DNA of 62,195 nucleotides, the filler included. It is 8 parts of 8 records of this genome, joined end to end, with 100 filler letters (N's around TTAATTAATTAA, not from the genome) between each part and the next. Parts side by side here need not be neighbours in the genome. Positions count along the whole stretch, not along the records: positions 51,266 to 56,282 come from SRR31147125_5160; positions 56,383 to 62,195 come from SRR31147125_5201; 6 more parts are not named here. One strand, given 5' to 3'. The stretch's first letter is position 1, and each line of letters begins with the position of its first letter. Shown here piece by piece: positions 52,730 through 62,195 of the stretch. Below the pieces are notes generated by a model that was not told the origin of the DNA, did no database searches, and saw nothing but the letters and a program-made list of their open reading frames with translations. A program made the translations under genes and the position numbers.

Positions 52730-53551
52730 TTGAAAGAAAACACGATTTACTTTTTCTCCGGCTCGGGGAATTCCTTTGCCACAGCCCGTTCTCTGGCCCG
52801 GGAACTGGGGGGAGCAGAGCTTATCAATATGGCTGGACTTTTCGATAAGGAAGAGGTTGTTCTGAATTCGAAACGGGTCGGATTTGTTTTCCCTGTCTAC
52901 GGCAGCATGCCGCCAAAACCGGTACGCGCCTGGTTTTCGAGGCTGAAATCTGACAGGGAAACCACCTTCTATGCTGTCTGCACCTGCGGTATGGCACCGG
53001 GTCATTCTCTTCTGAAAGTCAATAAAATTTTGAATGAGTCTGGTGGGAAATTGAGCTGGGGATTTCATATCCTACAGCCACAGGCTGGTATCGGTTCGAA
53101 AAAAATCAACACTCCTGCTCTCAACGAGAAGAGGTACTCTCTTCAGGAACAACGGATACAAGCTATTGCCCGTCATATCCTGAATGAGGATGCGCCGGTG
53201 ATAGAGAAAAGCGGCCGGTTATCCGAGTTCTTCAATGGTTCCACTTTGAAAGTTCTTCCCACCATCTCTAAACTCATATGGCACCTGATTACCAAGGGGA
53301 TGAAAAATATGAGCTTTCATCCCGACGATAACTGTAATGGCTGCGGTATTTGTGAACGTTTGTGCCCGGCTGGTAATATCAAGATGGATAATGGCAGACC
53401 TCTCTGGGGGGACAACTGTCTCGGCTGTATGGGCTGTTACCACTGGTGTCCGCCTGATGCCGTTAAGAACGTGGATCTGGATATGATTCAATCACCTCAC
53501 AGGGATGTGACAGTCCGGGACTTACTCGAGTACAGCCCGAATCCCCACTAA
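52730..53551 (+). CDS. EFR1-family flavodoxin-like/4Fe-4S ferredoxin
   Basis: SD AGGAGG before TTG 52730; YFFSGSGNS; CNGCGICERLCP and CLGCMGCYHWCP. Confidence 0.88.
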   Translation: MKENTIYFFSGSGNSFATARSLARELGGAELINMAGLFDKEEVVLNSKRVGFVFPVYGSMPPKPVRAWFSRLKSDRETTFYAVCTCGMAPGHSLLKVNKILNESGGKLSWGFHILQPQAGIGSKKINTPALNEKRYSLQEQRIQAIARHILNEDAPVIEKSGRLSEFFNGSTLKVLPTISKLIWHLITKGMKNMSFHPDDNCNGCGICERLCPAGNIKMDNGRPLWGDNCLGCMGCYHWCPPDAVKNVDLDMIQSPHRDVTVRDLLEYSPNPH

Positions 53552-53571
53552 CCACCTTGTATTACCAGTTC

Positions 53572-53598
53572 AACTGCCTCCGAAATGGAGGCAGTTTT
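53572..53598 (+). terminator. Intrinsic terminator between convergent genes
   Basis: AACTGCCTCC-gaaat-GGAGGCAGTTTT. Confidence 0.7.
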
Positions 53599-53670
53599 GG
53601 TTGGGAGGTCAGTTCAAAGAAAACACGAAGAATTGTGCAGCCCTAAGGCCCACATTCTGCTTCGATCTTC

Positions 53671-54849
53671 CTACTTCTTCTCTTTCTTATTCCGGTCTTT
53701 CAGAAGAGCAGCAAAGGGGTTGTAGGTATCCGAATCAGTTTCGGCATCCATATACCTCTGGGTCTCCGCGTCCTGCTCAACGGAGGCGGCCGTTCTAAGA
53801 GAAATCCTCTTACGTTCCGGATCGATCTTATTGATAACGACGGAGACAGTTTCCCCCTGCTTCAAAACATCGGCAGGATTGGTCTCCCGGTCTTCGGTTT
53901 TGAGATCGGAGACATGGATCAGACCATCCAGTCCAGGTTCGAGATTGACAAAGGCGCCGAAGTTTGTGAGCCTGACAACCTTTCCCTCATGCCTGGAACC
54001 GACAGGATACTTTTCAGTCGCCTCATCCCAGGGATCGCCGAGAAGGGCTTTCTTGCTCAGGGTAATGCGTTCACGCGGCCAGTCCAGCTTGATGATAGCA
54101 GCTTCGACTTCATCCCCTTTTTTAATGACCTGGTGAATGTCCTCAATCCGGCTCCGGCTGATTTCCGAAATAGGCAGAAGGGCCTGAACGCCGCCGAGGT
54201 CGACAAAGGCGCCGAAATCCTGAACCAGCTTGACGGTTCCGGTGACGACCATATCCTCACGGAGGGTTTTCTTGAGGCTTTCGACCTCTTTCTGATGTTC
54301 CTCTTCCAGTATCGCGCGGTTTGAAACGAGAATGTTCCTTCCCTTCTCGCCATATTCGGTAATCCGGAAGGTCAGGGTTTTGCCGACGAAATCGGCACCG
54401 TTTTCCACCCGTTTGAGGCCCATCTGGGAGTAGGGACAAAAGGATCGGGAGTCACCAAGCATGACCTCGAATCCGCCCTTGATCTCTTTAGTCACAGCCC
54501 CTTCGACGGGAATTCTACTTTCAAAGGCATTCTCCAGCATCGCTGTTCCGGCGTTTTCGCCGCCGATCCTTGTGGTAAACTGCATTTCACCATTCTTGGC
54601 GGCCAGAAAATAGACTTTTATCGTCTCTCCTTCCTGGACTGTAAGGTTTCCATCCTTGTCGATGAGTTCTGCGCTGTTGAGAACTCCTTCACTCTTTCCG
54701 CCAAGCTGCAGGAAAATCGTATCTCCGGAAATAGAGACAATTTCCGTTTCCACAGACTGACCTGGATGCAGCCTCCCTATATCCGTAAAACTTTCTTCAA
54801 AGTAGGCGGCAAAATCTTTTTCGCTTTCATCCTGTATATTGTTACTCAT
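53671..54849 (-). CDS. 30S ribosomal protein S1-like protein (4 S1 domains)
   Basis: GKSEG, FGAFVDLGGVQALLPISE, FGAFVNLEPGLDGLIHVS. Confidence 0.85.
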   Translation of the reverse strand: MSNNIQDESEKDFAAYFEESFTDIGRLHPGQSVETEIVSISGDTIFLQLGGKSEGVLNSAELIDKDGNLTVQEGETIKVYFLAAKNGEMQFTTRIGGENAGTAMLENAFESRIPVEGAVTKEIKGGFEVMLGDSRSFCPYSQMGLKRVENGADFVGKTLTFRITEYGEKGRNILVSNRAILEEEHQKEVESLKKTLREDMVVTGTVKLVQDFGAFVDLGGVQALLPISEISRSRIEDIHQVIKKGDEVEAAIIKLDWPRERITLSKKALLGDPWDEATEKYPVGSRHEGKVVRLTNFGAFVNLEPGLDGLIHVSDLKTEDRETNPADVLKQGETVSVVINKIDPERKRISLRTAASVEQDAETQRYMDAETDSDTYNPFAALLKDRNKKEKK

Positions 54850-54948
54850 AAGAGGAGTATAGCAAAAAAAGGCGGTCGTTTCTACATCAAGATTGTCAAT
54901 GATTTCATCCATTCTCCCCTCTTCTCAACCGATGCCCTACGATATAGA

Positions 54949-56282
54949 ATGAGGAAAAGAAGGAGCTCATCATAAGCAAGAAAGAGAAGGATAAGAAGAA
55001 ACAAAGCCTCTCTATCGGAGAACTCGTCGCCTTTGCCTGCACCGGCGGCAGTCTTTCCACCGGATTCATGAGTCCCGGAAGGGCTGTCGCAGGGACGAAG
55101 GGGCATCAGCACCTTCAGACCAATCGGCCGGCAGGATACCTTGCCGAAGAAGCGTTCTCTTTTCTGATAGAAAGGAGGGGCTTTACTCTTGAATTGACCG
55201 GCCGGATTGACGGGATCTTCACCGGAACCTCTCCAATCATTATCGAAGAGATAAAGACGACAGAGAGAGAGCTTCAGTCCCTTGAAATTTCTCCCAACCC
55301 GTCACACACGGCACAGCTGTACTGCTACGGATATATTTACTCCTCACAGCACGATCTTTCCGAGGCACAGATGCGGTTAACCTACATTCAACTGGAAACC
55401 GAAGAGGTCCTGGAGATTGATAAAACCCTCTCTTTCAAAGAACTGGAATCCTTTTTTCTCAAACTCCTGGACCTCTATCTGGACTCTCTGGCAGACCTGG
55501 AGGATTGGCGAAAAAATCGGGACCGCTCCATCCGGGAGATGGAATTTCCCTACGGTAATTTTCGGGAGGGACAGAGGCAGATGTCGGTCAGGATCTTTCG
55601 CGCTATCCGGGACGATGAAAAACTCTTTGTACAGGCTCCTACGGGAACGGGAAAAACTATCGCCGCCCTCTTCCCGGCTGTAAAAAATCTGGCCGAGGGG
55701 CATATCGACAGAATCTTTTATCTGACCGCCCGGACTCTGGGTAGGACGGTTGCCGAAAAAGCGCTGAACGATATGCGGAACCGGGGGTTGAAACTGAAAT
55801 CTGTTGTCCTGACCGCCAAAGAAAAGATCTGCTTTCAGGATGAGGTGAACTGTGATCCGAAGGTCTGCCCCTATGCCCTCGACTATTATGACAAACTGAA
55901 GAATTCTCTCCAGGAACTATTATCCAGGGACCATTTCAACAAGGAGATCCTGGAAGAGTTGGGCAGAAATCACGGCCTCTGTCCCTTCGAACTCTCACTC
56001 GACATGGCCCTCTACTGTGACTGCCTTATCTGTGACTATAACTATGTCTTCGATCCCCGGGTCTATCTGAAACGGTTCTTCGAACATGTCTCCGAATCTT
56101 ATACCTTTTTGATCGATGAAACCCACAATCTACCGGATCGGGCCCGATCCATGTACTCTGCCTCCCTCACAAAATCAAAACTGATGGAGGTAAAAAGGGC
56201 AATCAAGGAGGATCTGCCGGAACCGGTAAAAAAGCTGCAAAAGATAAACAGGCTGTTTCTGGATGAAAAGAATGACCATCTC
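54949..56282 (+). CDS. Rad3/DinG-type Fe-S helicase with N-terminal PD-(D/E)XK nuclease domain (3' partial; probable indel at the start)
   Basis: GRIDG...IEEIKT...AQLYCYGY; QAPTGTGKT; C-C-C-C Fe-S ligands; CDYNY; DETHN. Confidence 0.85.
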
Positions 56283-56387
56283 NNNNNNNNNNNNNNNNNN
56301 NNNNNNNNNNNNNNNNNNNNNNNNNNTTAATTAATTAANNNNNNNNNNNNNNNNNNNNNNNNNNNNNNNNNNNNNNNNNNNNCCCGG

Positions 56388-56412
56388 GTCATCCTGAGCG
56401 GAGTCGAAGGAT
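56388..56412. repeat. Partial REP-like element GTCATCCTGAGCGGAGTCGAAGGAT
   Basis: Resembles a common short intergenic repeat family; only one arm is visible at the contig start. Confidence 0.35.
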
Positions 56413-56650
56413 TTCATGCAAAGGCACTTGCCTGCATCTTACCAGTCTTGATGCTTCAACGCCGCCTGGTTTGGCAGTAAGAGCCAGGGGCAGGATCGTA
56501 ACACAGTTTTGCGTTTTATTTTAGAGCGTTTGGTTGTCGGAAAAAAGAAGCAATTTTCACAGGTGGATGAAACATGCTCTCTCGTTTTTCGTAACTACCA
56601 TTAATCCAACCACATCACACAAATTTGATTTAATATAAGGGGATTCATCT

Positions 56651-57649
56651 ATGAAGCGCCGATATGTTGTTATGCCTGTTTTTGTTCTTTTTTGTTTTTG
56701 TGCTGCCGTCGTTTCAGGACGGGAATTGAAAAAAGATTATCATGAGCAGTTTGATGTGAAAAAAGGGGCCAGTCTTCGTCTTTTGCATGGAGATGGAGAT
56801 GTAGAGATAGAATCCTGGGACAAGGATGTACTGGATGTAAAAGTGCGTTATCGACTGGAATATACATCCCTGGGCCTTGGCGGGTCACACGAATTTGATG
56901 TCGATTTTGAACAGAGAGGCAATACTATATATATAACAGGACGGGAAAGGAGCTCCGGTGGTATTGGTATTCATTCAAGTAGACGCTACGAGTATATTTA
57001 CAAGATCCATGCGCCACGTTATCTTGAATTAGATTTAAAGGGTGACGACGGGGATATTGAACTGAACGACTGGTCCGGTGATATTAAATGCCAGGAGGAT
57101 GATGGTGACATTTATTTGGGAAACATTACTTCCCGGTCCACTGATCTGCGGCTAAATGATGGCGATGTTTACATCGAAAAGCTTGAAGGAGATCTGCGAA
57201 TTGATAGTGAAGACGGTGATGTAGTCTTGACGGAATGTCAAACCCCGATGTGTCGGGTTCGATTACAGGATGGCGATCTGAAAATGAGAGAATCGGAAGG
57301 GGATATCGAGATCAATTCAGAAGATGGTGATATCAGGTTACAACAAGTCAAGGCGCTCACGCTATATGTCAGTACGCAGGATGGGGATATTAACCTGGAA
57401 CTCTTGAAGGAAGAAAAGATTGATATTGATATAACAAGCGAGGATGGAGATGTTGTCCTGGATGTAGAAGAGGGATTTTCTGCCACGTTTTCACTGGAAA
57501 CCGATGACGGGCGTATCAGATTAAACATACCTGACGCCCTTATAAAAGAGAGAGACGAAAAGTCTCACAAGAGTGGAAGGATAAATGATGGTGATGGCCG
57601 CATAGATATCCGTACTGATGATGGCGATATTCTGTTGAGGCAATATTGA
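56651..57649 (+). CDS. DUF4097 beta-strand-repeat (adhesin-like) exported protein
   Basis: Signal peptide; many DGD[IVL] repeats. Confidence 0.82.
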   Translation: MKRRYVVMPVFVLFCFCAAVVSGRELKKDYHEQFDVKKGASLRLLHGDGDVEIESWDKDVLDVKVRYRLEYTSLGLGGSHEFDVDFEQRGNTIYITGRERSSGGIGIHSSRRYEYIYKIHAPRYLELDLKGDDGDIELNDWSGDIKCQEDDGDIYLGNITSRSTDLRLNDGDVYIEKLEGDLRIDSEDGDVVLTECQTPMCRVRLQDGDLKMRESEGDIEINSEDGDIRLQQVKALTLYVSTQDGDINLELLKEEKIDIDITSEDGDVVLDVEEGFSATFSLETDDGRIRLNIPDALIKERDEKSHKSGRINDGDGRIDIRTDDGDILLRQY

Positions 57650-57925
57650 GCAAAACCAGGTCCTTTGGAGCTGTTATCTTTGGCATAGCGATAAAAAATT
57701 TAAAGGTAGTTTATTAGCTAAACAGTTGTGCAGGGTTATTTCTTTCAGATATGAATTGTTTGTTGAGATAATTAAAAGGCTTTTTTTAACATTGGGGGAT
57801 TATATCAACGATGTTTCTAAAAGAATTTCAAAATAAGGGATTTCCTGATCACGATATAGATAATAGTACCTATTTACTTTTTCGTTATTTTGCGTTATCT
57901 TTTCACAGGTTTAGATATAGAATAT

Positions 57926-57997
57926 AAATGCCGAGCGTCTACCCCCGGTATTGGCGACCCCCCTAAGTCAGTACCTATGATGGCTCGGCATTTTTTT
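57926..57997 (+). ncRNA. Structured small-RNA-like element, copy 1
   Basis: Outer stem AAATGCCGAGC/GCTCGGCATTT, inner stem GGTATTGGC/GTCAGTACC, C-rich loops, 3' T7. Confidence 0.6.
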
Positions 57998-58118
57998 ATT
58001 TGCATGAATGATTTTTTGGAGCATTATAAGGAATTTACTGACTAAAAATTAAGTCAATTTTTTATTTTTTTCCAATAAATATTATTATATTACTATCGAT
58101 TTAAAGAGAAAATAATCG

Positions 58119-58187
58119 TGCCGAGCGTCTACCCCCAGTATTGGCGACCCCCCTAAGTCAATACCTGTGACTGCTCGGCATTTTTTT
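58119..58187 (+). ncRNA. Structured small-RNA-like element, copy 2
   Basis: 190 bp downstream of copy 1; 5 substitutions over 69 nt; same fold and T7 tail. Confidence 0.6.
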
Positions 58188-58479
58188 GATAAATGGCACC
58201 GGATGAAATCGCGTACCACTATTCATCCGGGCTCATATTCTCGACTGATAGAAGATAAAAGCGGGTGTAATGATATAAAATTTCCTGAATTCAGGGATAT
58301 ACTACCCAAAATTATAATATCTGAGAAAATAAAAATGTGGGGATAGAGATTCCATTTAACATGGTTTTGCTAAAATCCATTGTCAAAAAAGTCAATCAGG
58401 TGTTTTTAGCCGCATTTGAAAATTTGAAAAAGAGATGGTTTTAAATGCTGTTAAAAAAGGTGGTATATCCAGGTCCTGT

Positions 58480-59981
58480 TTATGCTCTGCCGTATATTTC
58501 TGTCATTTCAAGTAACATTTGATTAATTGAGGGAGTGAGGTCTTCATATCTGAATCGCCATTTCCAATTACCAACAATGGTGCCTGGTTTATTCATACGG
58601 TCTTTCTCACCCAGACCCAGGATGTCCTGCAAGGGACATATGGCCAATTGGGCAACAGACATCATGGCCATGCGGAGAAATTCCATATGTATCTGCCTGG
58701 AAGGCACTTTTTGTCCTAAATAGAGAGCCAGTCTCTTTTTGGTTTTAGAATCCGCTTCGTTTTCAAACCAGCCACGTGTCGTGTTATTATCATGTGTACC
58801 TGTGTAAACCAGGCTGTTTTTAATATGATTATGAGGCGCATAGGGATGGGTAGGACAGCTTTCATCAAAGGCGAATTGCAGCACCTTCATGCCCGGAAAA
58901 TTGAATCGTTGCATGACCTCTACAACATCCGGAGTTATTAATCCCAGATCCTCAGCGACAAGTGGGAGATCCGGATATGTATTGAGAAGAGTTGTAAAAA
59001 AATCGACGACAGGTGCATTGATCCATTGACCGTTAACAGCTGTTTTTTCCCCGGCCGGGATTTCCCAACAGGCAACAAATCCACGAAAGTGATCGATGCG
59101 AATTATGTCATAAAGATAAAGGTTATGACCTATTCGTGTTTTCCACCAACTATAGCCGCTATTGCGCAATTGATCCCAATTGTAAATAGGATTACCCCAG
59201 AGTTGTCCTGTTTTACTAAAGTAATCCGGCGGTACGCCTGCTACAACCGTTGGTTTTTTCTGCTCATTTAGTTTGAAAACATAAGTGTTGGTCCAAACAT
59301 CAGCACTATCGTAACTAACATAAATAGGGATATCACCCATAATTTGAATACCGCGATCATTGCAGTACTTTTTCAGGGCAATCCACTGTTTAAAAAAATA
59401 AATTGTAAAAACTTTATTTGTTCAATTCTGTTGAACAGACTTTCACGCATTTTCTGTAAAGCGTCCCAGTTTCGATCGCGAATATCCTCTGGCCAATCGC
59501 TCCAGACGGAACCGTTATAATGTTCTTTAATGGCCACAAAAAGGGCAAAATCTTCCAGCCAGTGTGTATTACCGGAGCAGAAATTTTGATATTCCCGGCT
59601 GTCCACGTTTTTCTTGAATCGCTTGTAAGCACTATCAAATAATTTGTTTTTGTATTTAATAACAGCCTGATAGTCTACACCATCATCGGAGAAAGAGGGC
59701 ATGTTTTGAATCTCTGATTTTGTCAGATATCCGTCGCTATGCAAAAGGTCCGGGCTGATCAGAATAGGATTGCCGGCAAAAGCAGAACAACTGCTGTAAG
59801 GTGAATTTGCTCCTGCCACCGGGTCTGTAGGATTTAAGGGGAGAATTTGCCAGATCTTTTGTTTTGATTTAATCAGAAAATCGACAAAATTATGTGCACT
59901 CGGGCCTAAATCTCCAATACCATAAATTGAGGGTAATGACGTTATATGAAGTAAAATACCACTTTTTCTGTTTGATGTCAT
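58480..59981 (-). CDS. malQ: 4-alpha-glucanotransferase (amylomaltase, GH77), frameshifted near 59395
   Basis: SGILLHITSLP, WQILPL, GDIPIYV, GVPPDYFS..GQLWGNP, RIDHFRG, AEDLG, YTGTHDN. Confidence 0.93.
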
Positions 59982-60313
59982 AGTGATACTCCGTATTGCC
60001 TTTTTGTGTTGATTATCCAATATTTATTGGCTTAATAGAACTATCAGATAATAAAATACATTCATACCAAATATTATTTCATTATTTTTCAATATAATAA
60101 CTTTTTCCTGTAAATCAAAGTGGGATATTAGACTGTCTGGTTATGTATGATTAATAAACGTATTTGTAACCGTATTGTACTGCTAAAAATTAAATGTTTT
60201 TAACTTTTTGAATTAAGATAAAATTATACAAATACACTGAAATTAAGTGTTGTTTTTTGTTTTTTTCTTGAATAAAGTAATTATTATTACTATTGTTACA
60301 ATAATTTTTTTAT

Positions 60314-60760
60314 ATGTTAAAGTACAGGTTATTATATGCTAAAAGAAAAAAGGAATCCTATCCATTCAAAACAGAAATACAGGTGCGGGTTAGTGATGTA
60401 AATTATGGCGGGCACCTGGCAAACGATAAGGTATTACTTTATTTTCATGAAGCCAGAATACGCTATTTCCGGTTTTTAGGTGTTCAAGAAGCGGATATCG
60501 GTGATGGAACATCTGTGACGCAATCAGAAGCTCACATTACCTATCAGAATGAAGCATTTTTAGGAGATCAACTGTCGGCCGAGGTTTTTATTGAATCTTT
60601 TTCACGTGTACGATTTCAGGTTTTGTACAGGTTGACTCGAATAAGCGATGAGAAGGTTATAGCAACCGGCTCCACGACCCTGGCAGCTTTTGATTACCAG
60701 GATAGAAGACCCGTAAAGATACCGCCATCTTTTATAGAGCGGGTTCATGAGTTTCAATAA
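60314..60760 (+). CDS. Acyl-CoA thioesterase (4HBT/hotdog fold)
   Basis: VRVSDVNYGGHLAN...HEAR. Confidence 0.85.
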   Translation: MLKYRLLYAKRKKESYPFKTEIQVRVSDVNYGGHLANDKVLLYFHEARIRYFRFLGVQEADIGDGTSVTQSEAHITYQNEAFLGDQLSAEVFIESFSRVRFQVLYRLTRISDEKVIATGSTTLAAFDYQDRRPVKIPPSFIERVHEFQ

Positions 60761-60912
60761 TCTGTTTTGGCGAAATGGTCAGGTCATTATAAAAGATTAT
60801 GATTAAAAACCAATCCAGGATTAAAACCTGCTCTGCAAAAGTTCTTGTAATTACCGAAAATTAGATGTAAGTTATAAAAATGAATAACATTTCAGAAACC
60901 AGAAAATGAATA

Positions 60913-61685
60913 ATGAAAAACAGTTATAAAATAATTTTACTTGTCCTGCTATTTGGTTCAATGGTGATGGCACAGACTTTTCCGCAAAGTCGTGGTGCTG
61001 TTAATGATTTTGCCAATGTTATCTCATCTGCTCATGAACAGCAAATGGAGTCCCTTGCAATAGAGGTTTTTAACAAAACAGGTGTGGCGATTGTTGTTGT
61101 CACGATGAAGGACATTGGTGATGAAGATTATACGGATTATGCGAACCGGCTTTATGAAGCCTGGGGTATTGGACGTAAAGGCGAGGACAAGGGTGTTTTA
61201 TTTTTTAATGTGGTGAATCAACGTAAAGTTCGTGTCGAAGTGGGATATGGGCTTGAACCGATTCTTCCTGATGCTCGCGCCGGCGATATCCTCCGTCAGA
61301 TTGTTTTTCCACGTTTAAAACAAGGCGATTATGGAGGTGGATTTCTTGGTGGTGTGCAGGCTGTTGCGGGAATTGTGGGTAAAGAGTACAATGTTTCATT
61401 TTCCGGTAAAACGATCGTACCTGCCACACGCAGCAGCAGGAGGAACAACAAGGGCGGTGGCAGTGGTTTATGCACAATCATTGCTCTTATTATCTTTTTT
61501 CTTTATTCAGAGGGAGAGGTATATTACCCTGGCTTATTTTTGGCAGTATGATGGGTGGCGGTGGACGTGGTTCTTCCAGTGGAGGATTTGGTGGCGGCTT
61601 TGGAGGGGGCGGTGGTTTTGGCGGTGGCTTTGGCGGATTCGGTGGAGGTATGAGCGGCGGCGGTGGAGCTGGTGGGGGTTATTAA
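60913..61685 (+). CDS. TPM-domain (YgcG-like) protein with Gly-rich tail; frameshift near 61500
   Basis: VNDFANVI, WGIGRKGEDKGVL, EVGYGLE...LPD; shifted frame ends GGFGGGMSGGGGAGGGY. Confidence 0.88.
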
Positions 61686-61772
61686 ATCTTGAAAATTTCT
61701 AAAAAAACTGAAATTAAAGCTCGATAATGAGCGTTTAAATAAATCATTTCGACAACAGGAGGAGGCTGCAAC

Positions 61773-62195
61773 ATGGCGAAAATTCCACATTCGCCCGATG
61801 AAATATTTGATGAATTTACCAAGGATATAAAAGACCTTTTTGGAGATGACTTGATATCGATACTCCTGTATGGAAGTGGTGCCAAGGGTGAGTATGTATA
61901 CAAGAAATCCGATATTAATTTTTTGGTCGTATTGACTGAAGACGGTATTTTAGAGGTCAGAAAGGCGTTAGATCTTTGCAAAAAATGGAATAAAAGAAAT
62001 GTCAGTGTTCCGCTCTTTATGTCCCGGGAATATATGGATTCTTCACTTGATAGTTTTCCTATTGAATTTTTAAACATGCAAAAGCACCACAAGGTTGTTT
62101 ACGGCACGGATATATTTGAGTCAATGGAAATCTCTAAAGATGATTTACGTTTAAAATGTGAAGAGCAGATAAAGGGAAAGTTGCTCCATTTAAGA
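61773..62195 (+). CDS. Nucleotidyltransferase-fold protein (3' partial)
   Basis: SD AGGAGG; MAKIPHSPDEIF...ILLYGSGAKGEY...SDINFLVV. Confidence 0.75.
   Translation, partial: MAKIPHSPDEIFDEFTKDIKDLFGDDLISILLYGSGAKGEYVYKKSDINFLVVLTEDGILEVRKALDLCKKWNKRNVSVPLFMSREYMDSSLDSFPIEFLNMQKHHKVVYGTDIFESMEISKDDLRLKCEEQIKGKLLHLR

Noticed and set aside
57926-58187. CRISPR array
   Set aside because: Only two 69-nt units with a 121-nt spacer, terminator-like tails and no cas genes.
61550-61682. GGC/GGT-rich tandem repeat
   Set aside because: Encodes the usual Gly-rich tail of TPM proteins.

Overview
This window is not one locus. It is eight unrelated contigs joined by artificial 100-nt N spacers, each containing TTAATTAATTAA (at 14311, 19660, 24986, 33739, 42492, 51166 and 56283). 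Many genes are broken at homopolymer runs, most likely by sequencing error. Taxonomic labels below are inferred from gene content and style. (A, 1-14310, Bacteroidales-like) prfB with its programmed frameshift, recX, and an ECF-sigma/FecR/SusC/SusD/GH38 polysaccharide locus. (B, 14411-19659) LOG-family gene, a MITE-like repeat, an AraC-DUF1772-NmrA cluster and a 2-hydroxyacid dehydrogenase. (C, 19760-24985) a 193-bp Tn3-type MITE, GNAT/DMT/Crp genes, and a 2.67-kb IS66-like element that carries a DUF4338 (DruA-like) gene and truncates a Tn3 transposase. (D, 25086-33738) a Gabija-like OLD nuclease + UvrD pair, and a hemerythrin-LuxR-porin-FMN-binding locus with a perfect 18-bp palindrome. (E, 33839-42491, Acholeplasmatales/Izemoplasmatales-like) the origin region recF-yaaA-dnaN-dnaA-oriC-rpmH-rnpA-yidC-jag, then rmuC and a T-box. 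(F, 42592-51165, Bacteroidales-like) GntR/MFS/DUF1080/CE15 genes, then an eCIS-type AAA ATPase, a small ORF and a DUF4157 protein with three annexin-like repeats and an intact calpain-like protease domain. (G, 51266-56282) tRNA-Leu, VOC, ferredoxin, an S1-domain protein and a nuclease-DinG helicase. (H, 56383-62195) DUF4097, two tandem copies of a structured C-rich small-RNA-like element, malQ, a thioesterase, TPM and a nucleotidyltransferase-fold gene. The best novelty candidates are the annexin-calpain DUF4157 module, the IS66-DUF4338 element and the tandem structured RNA.
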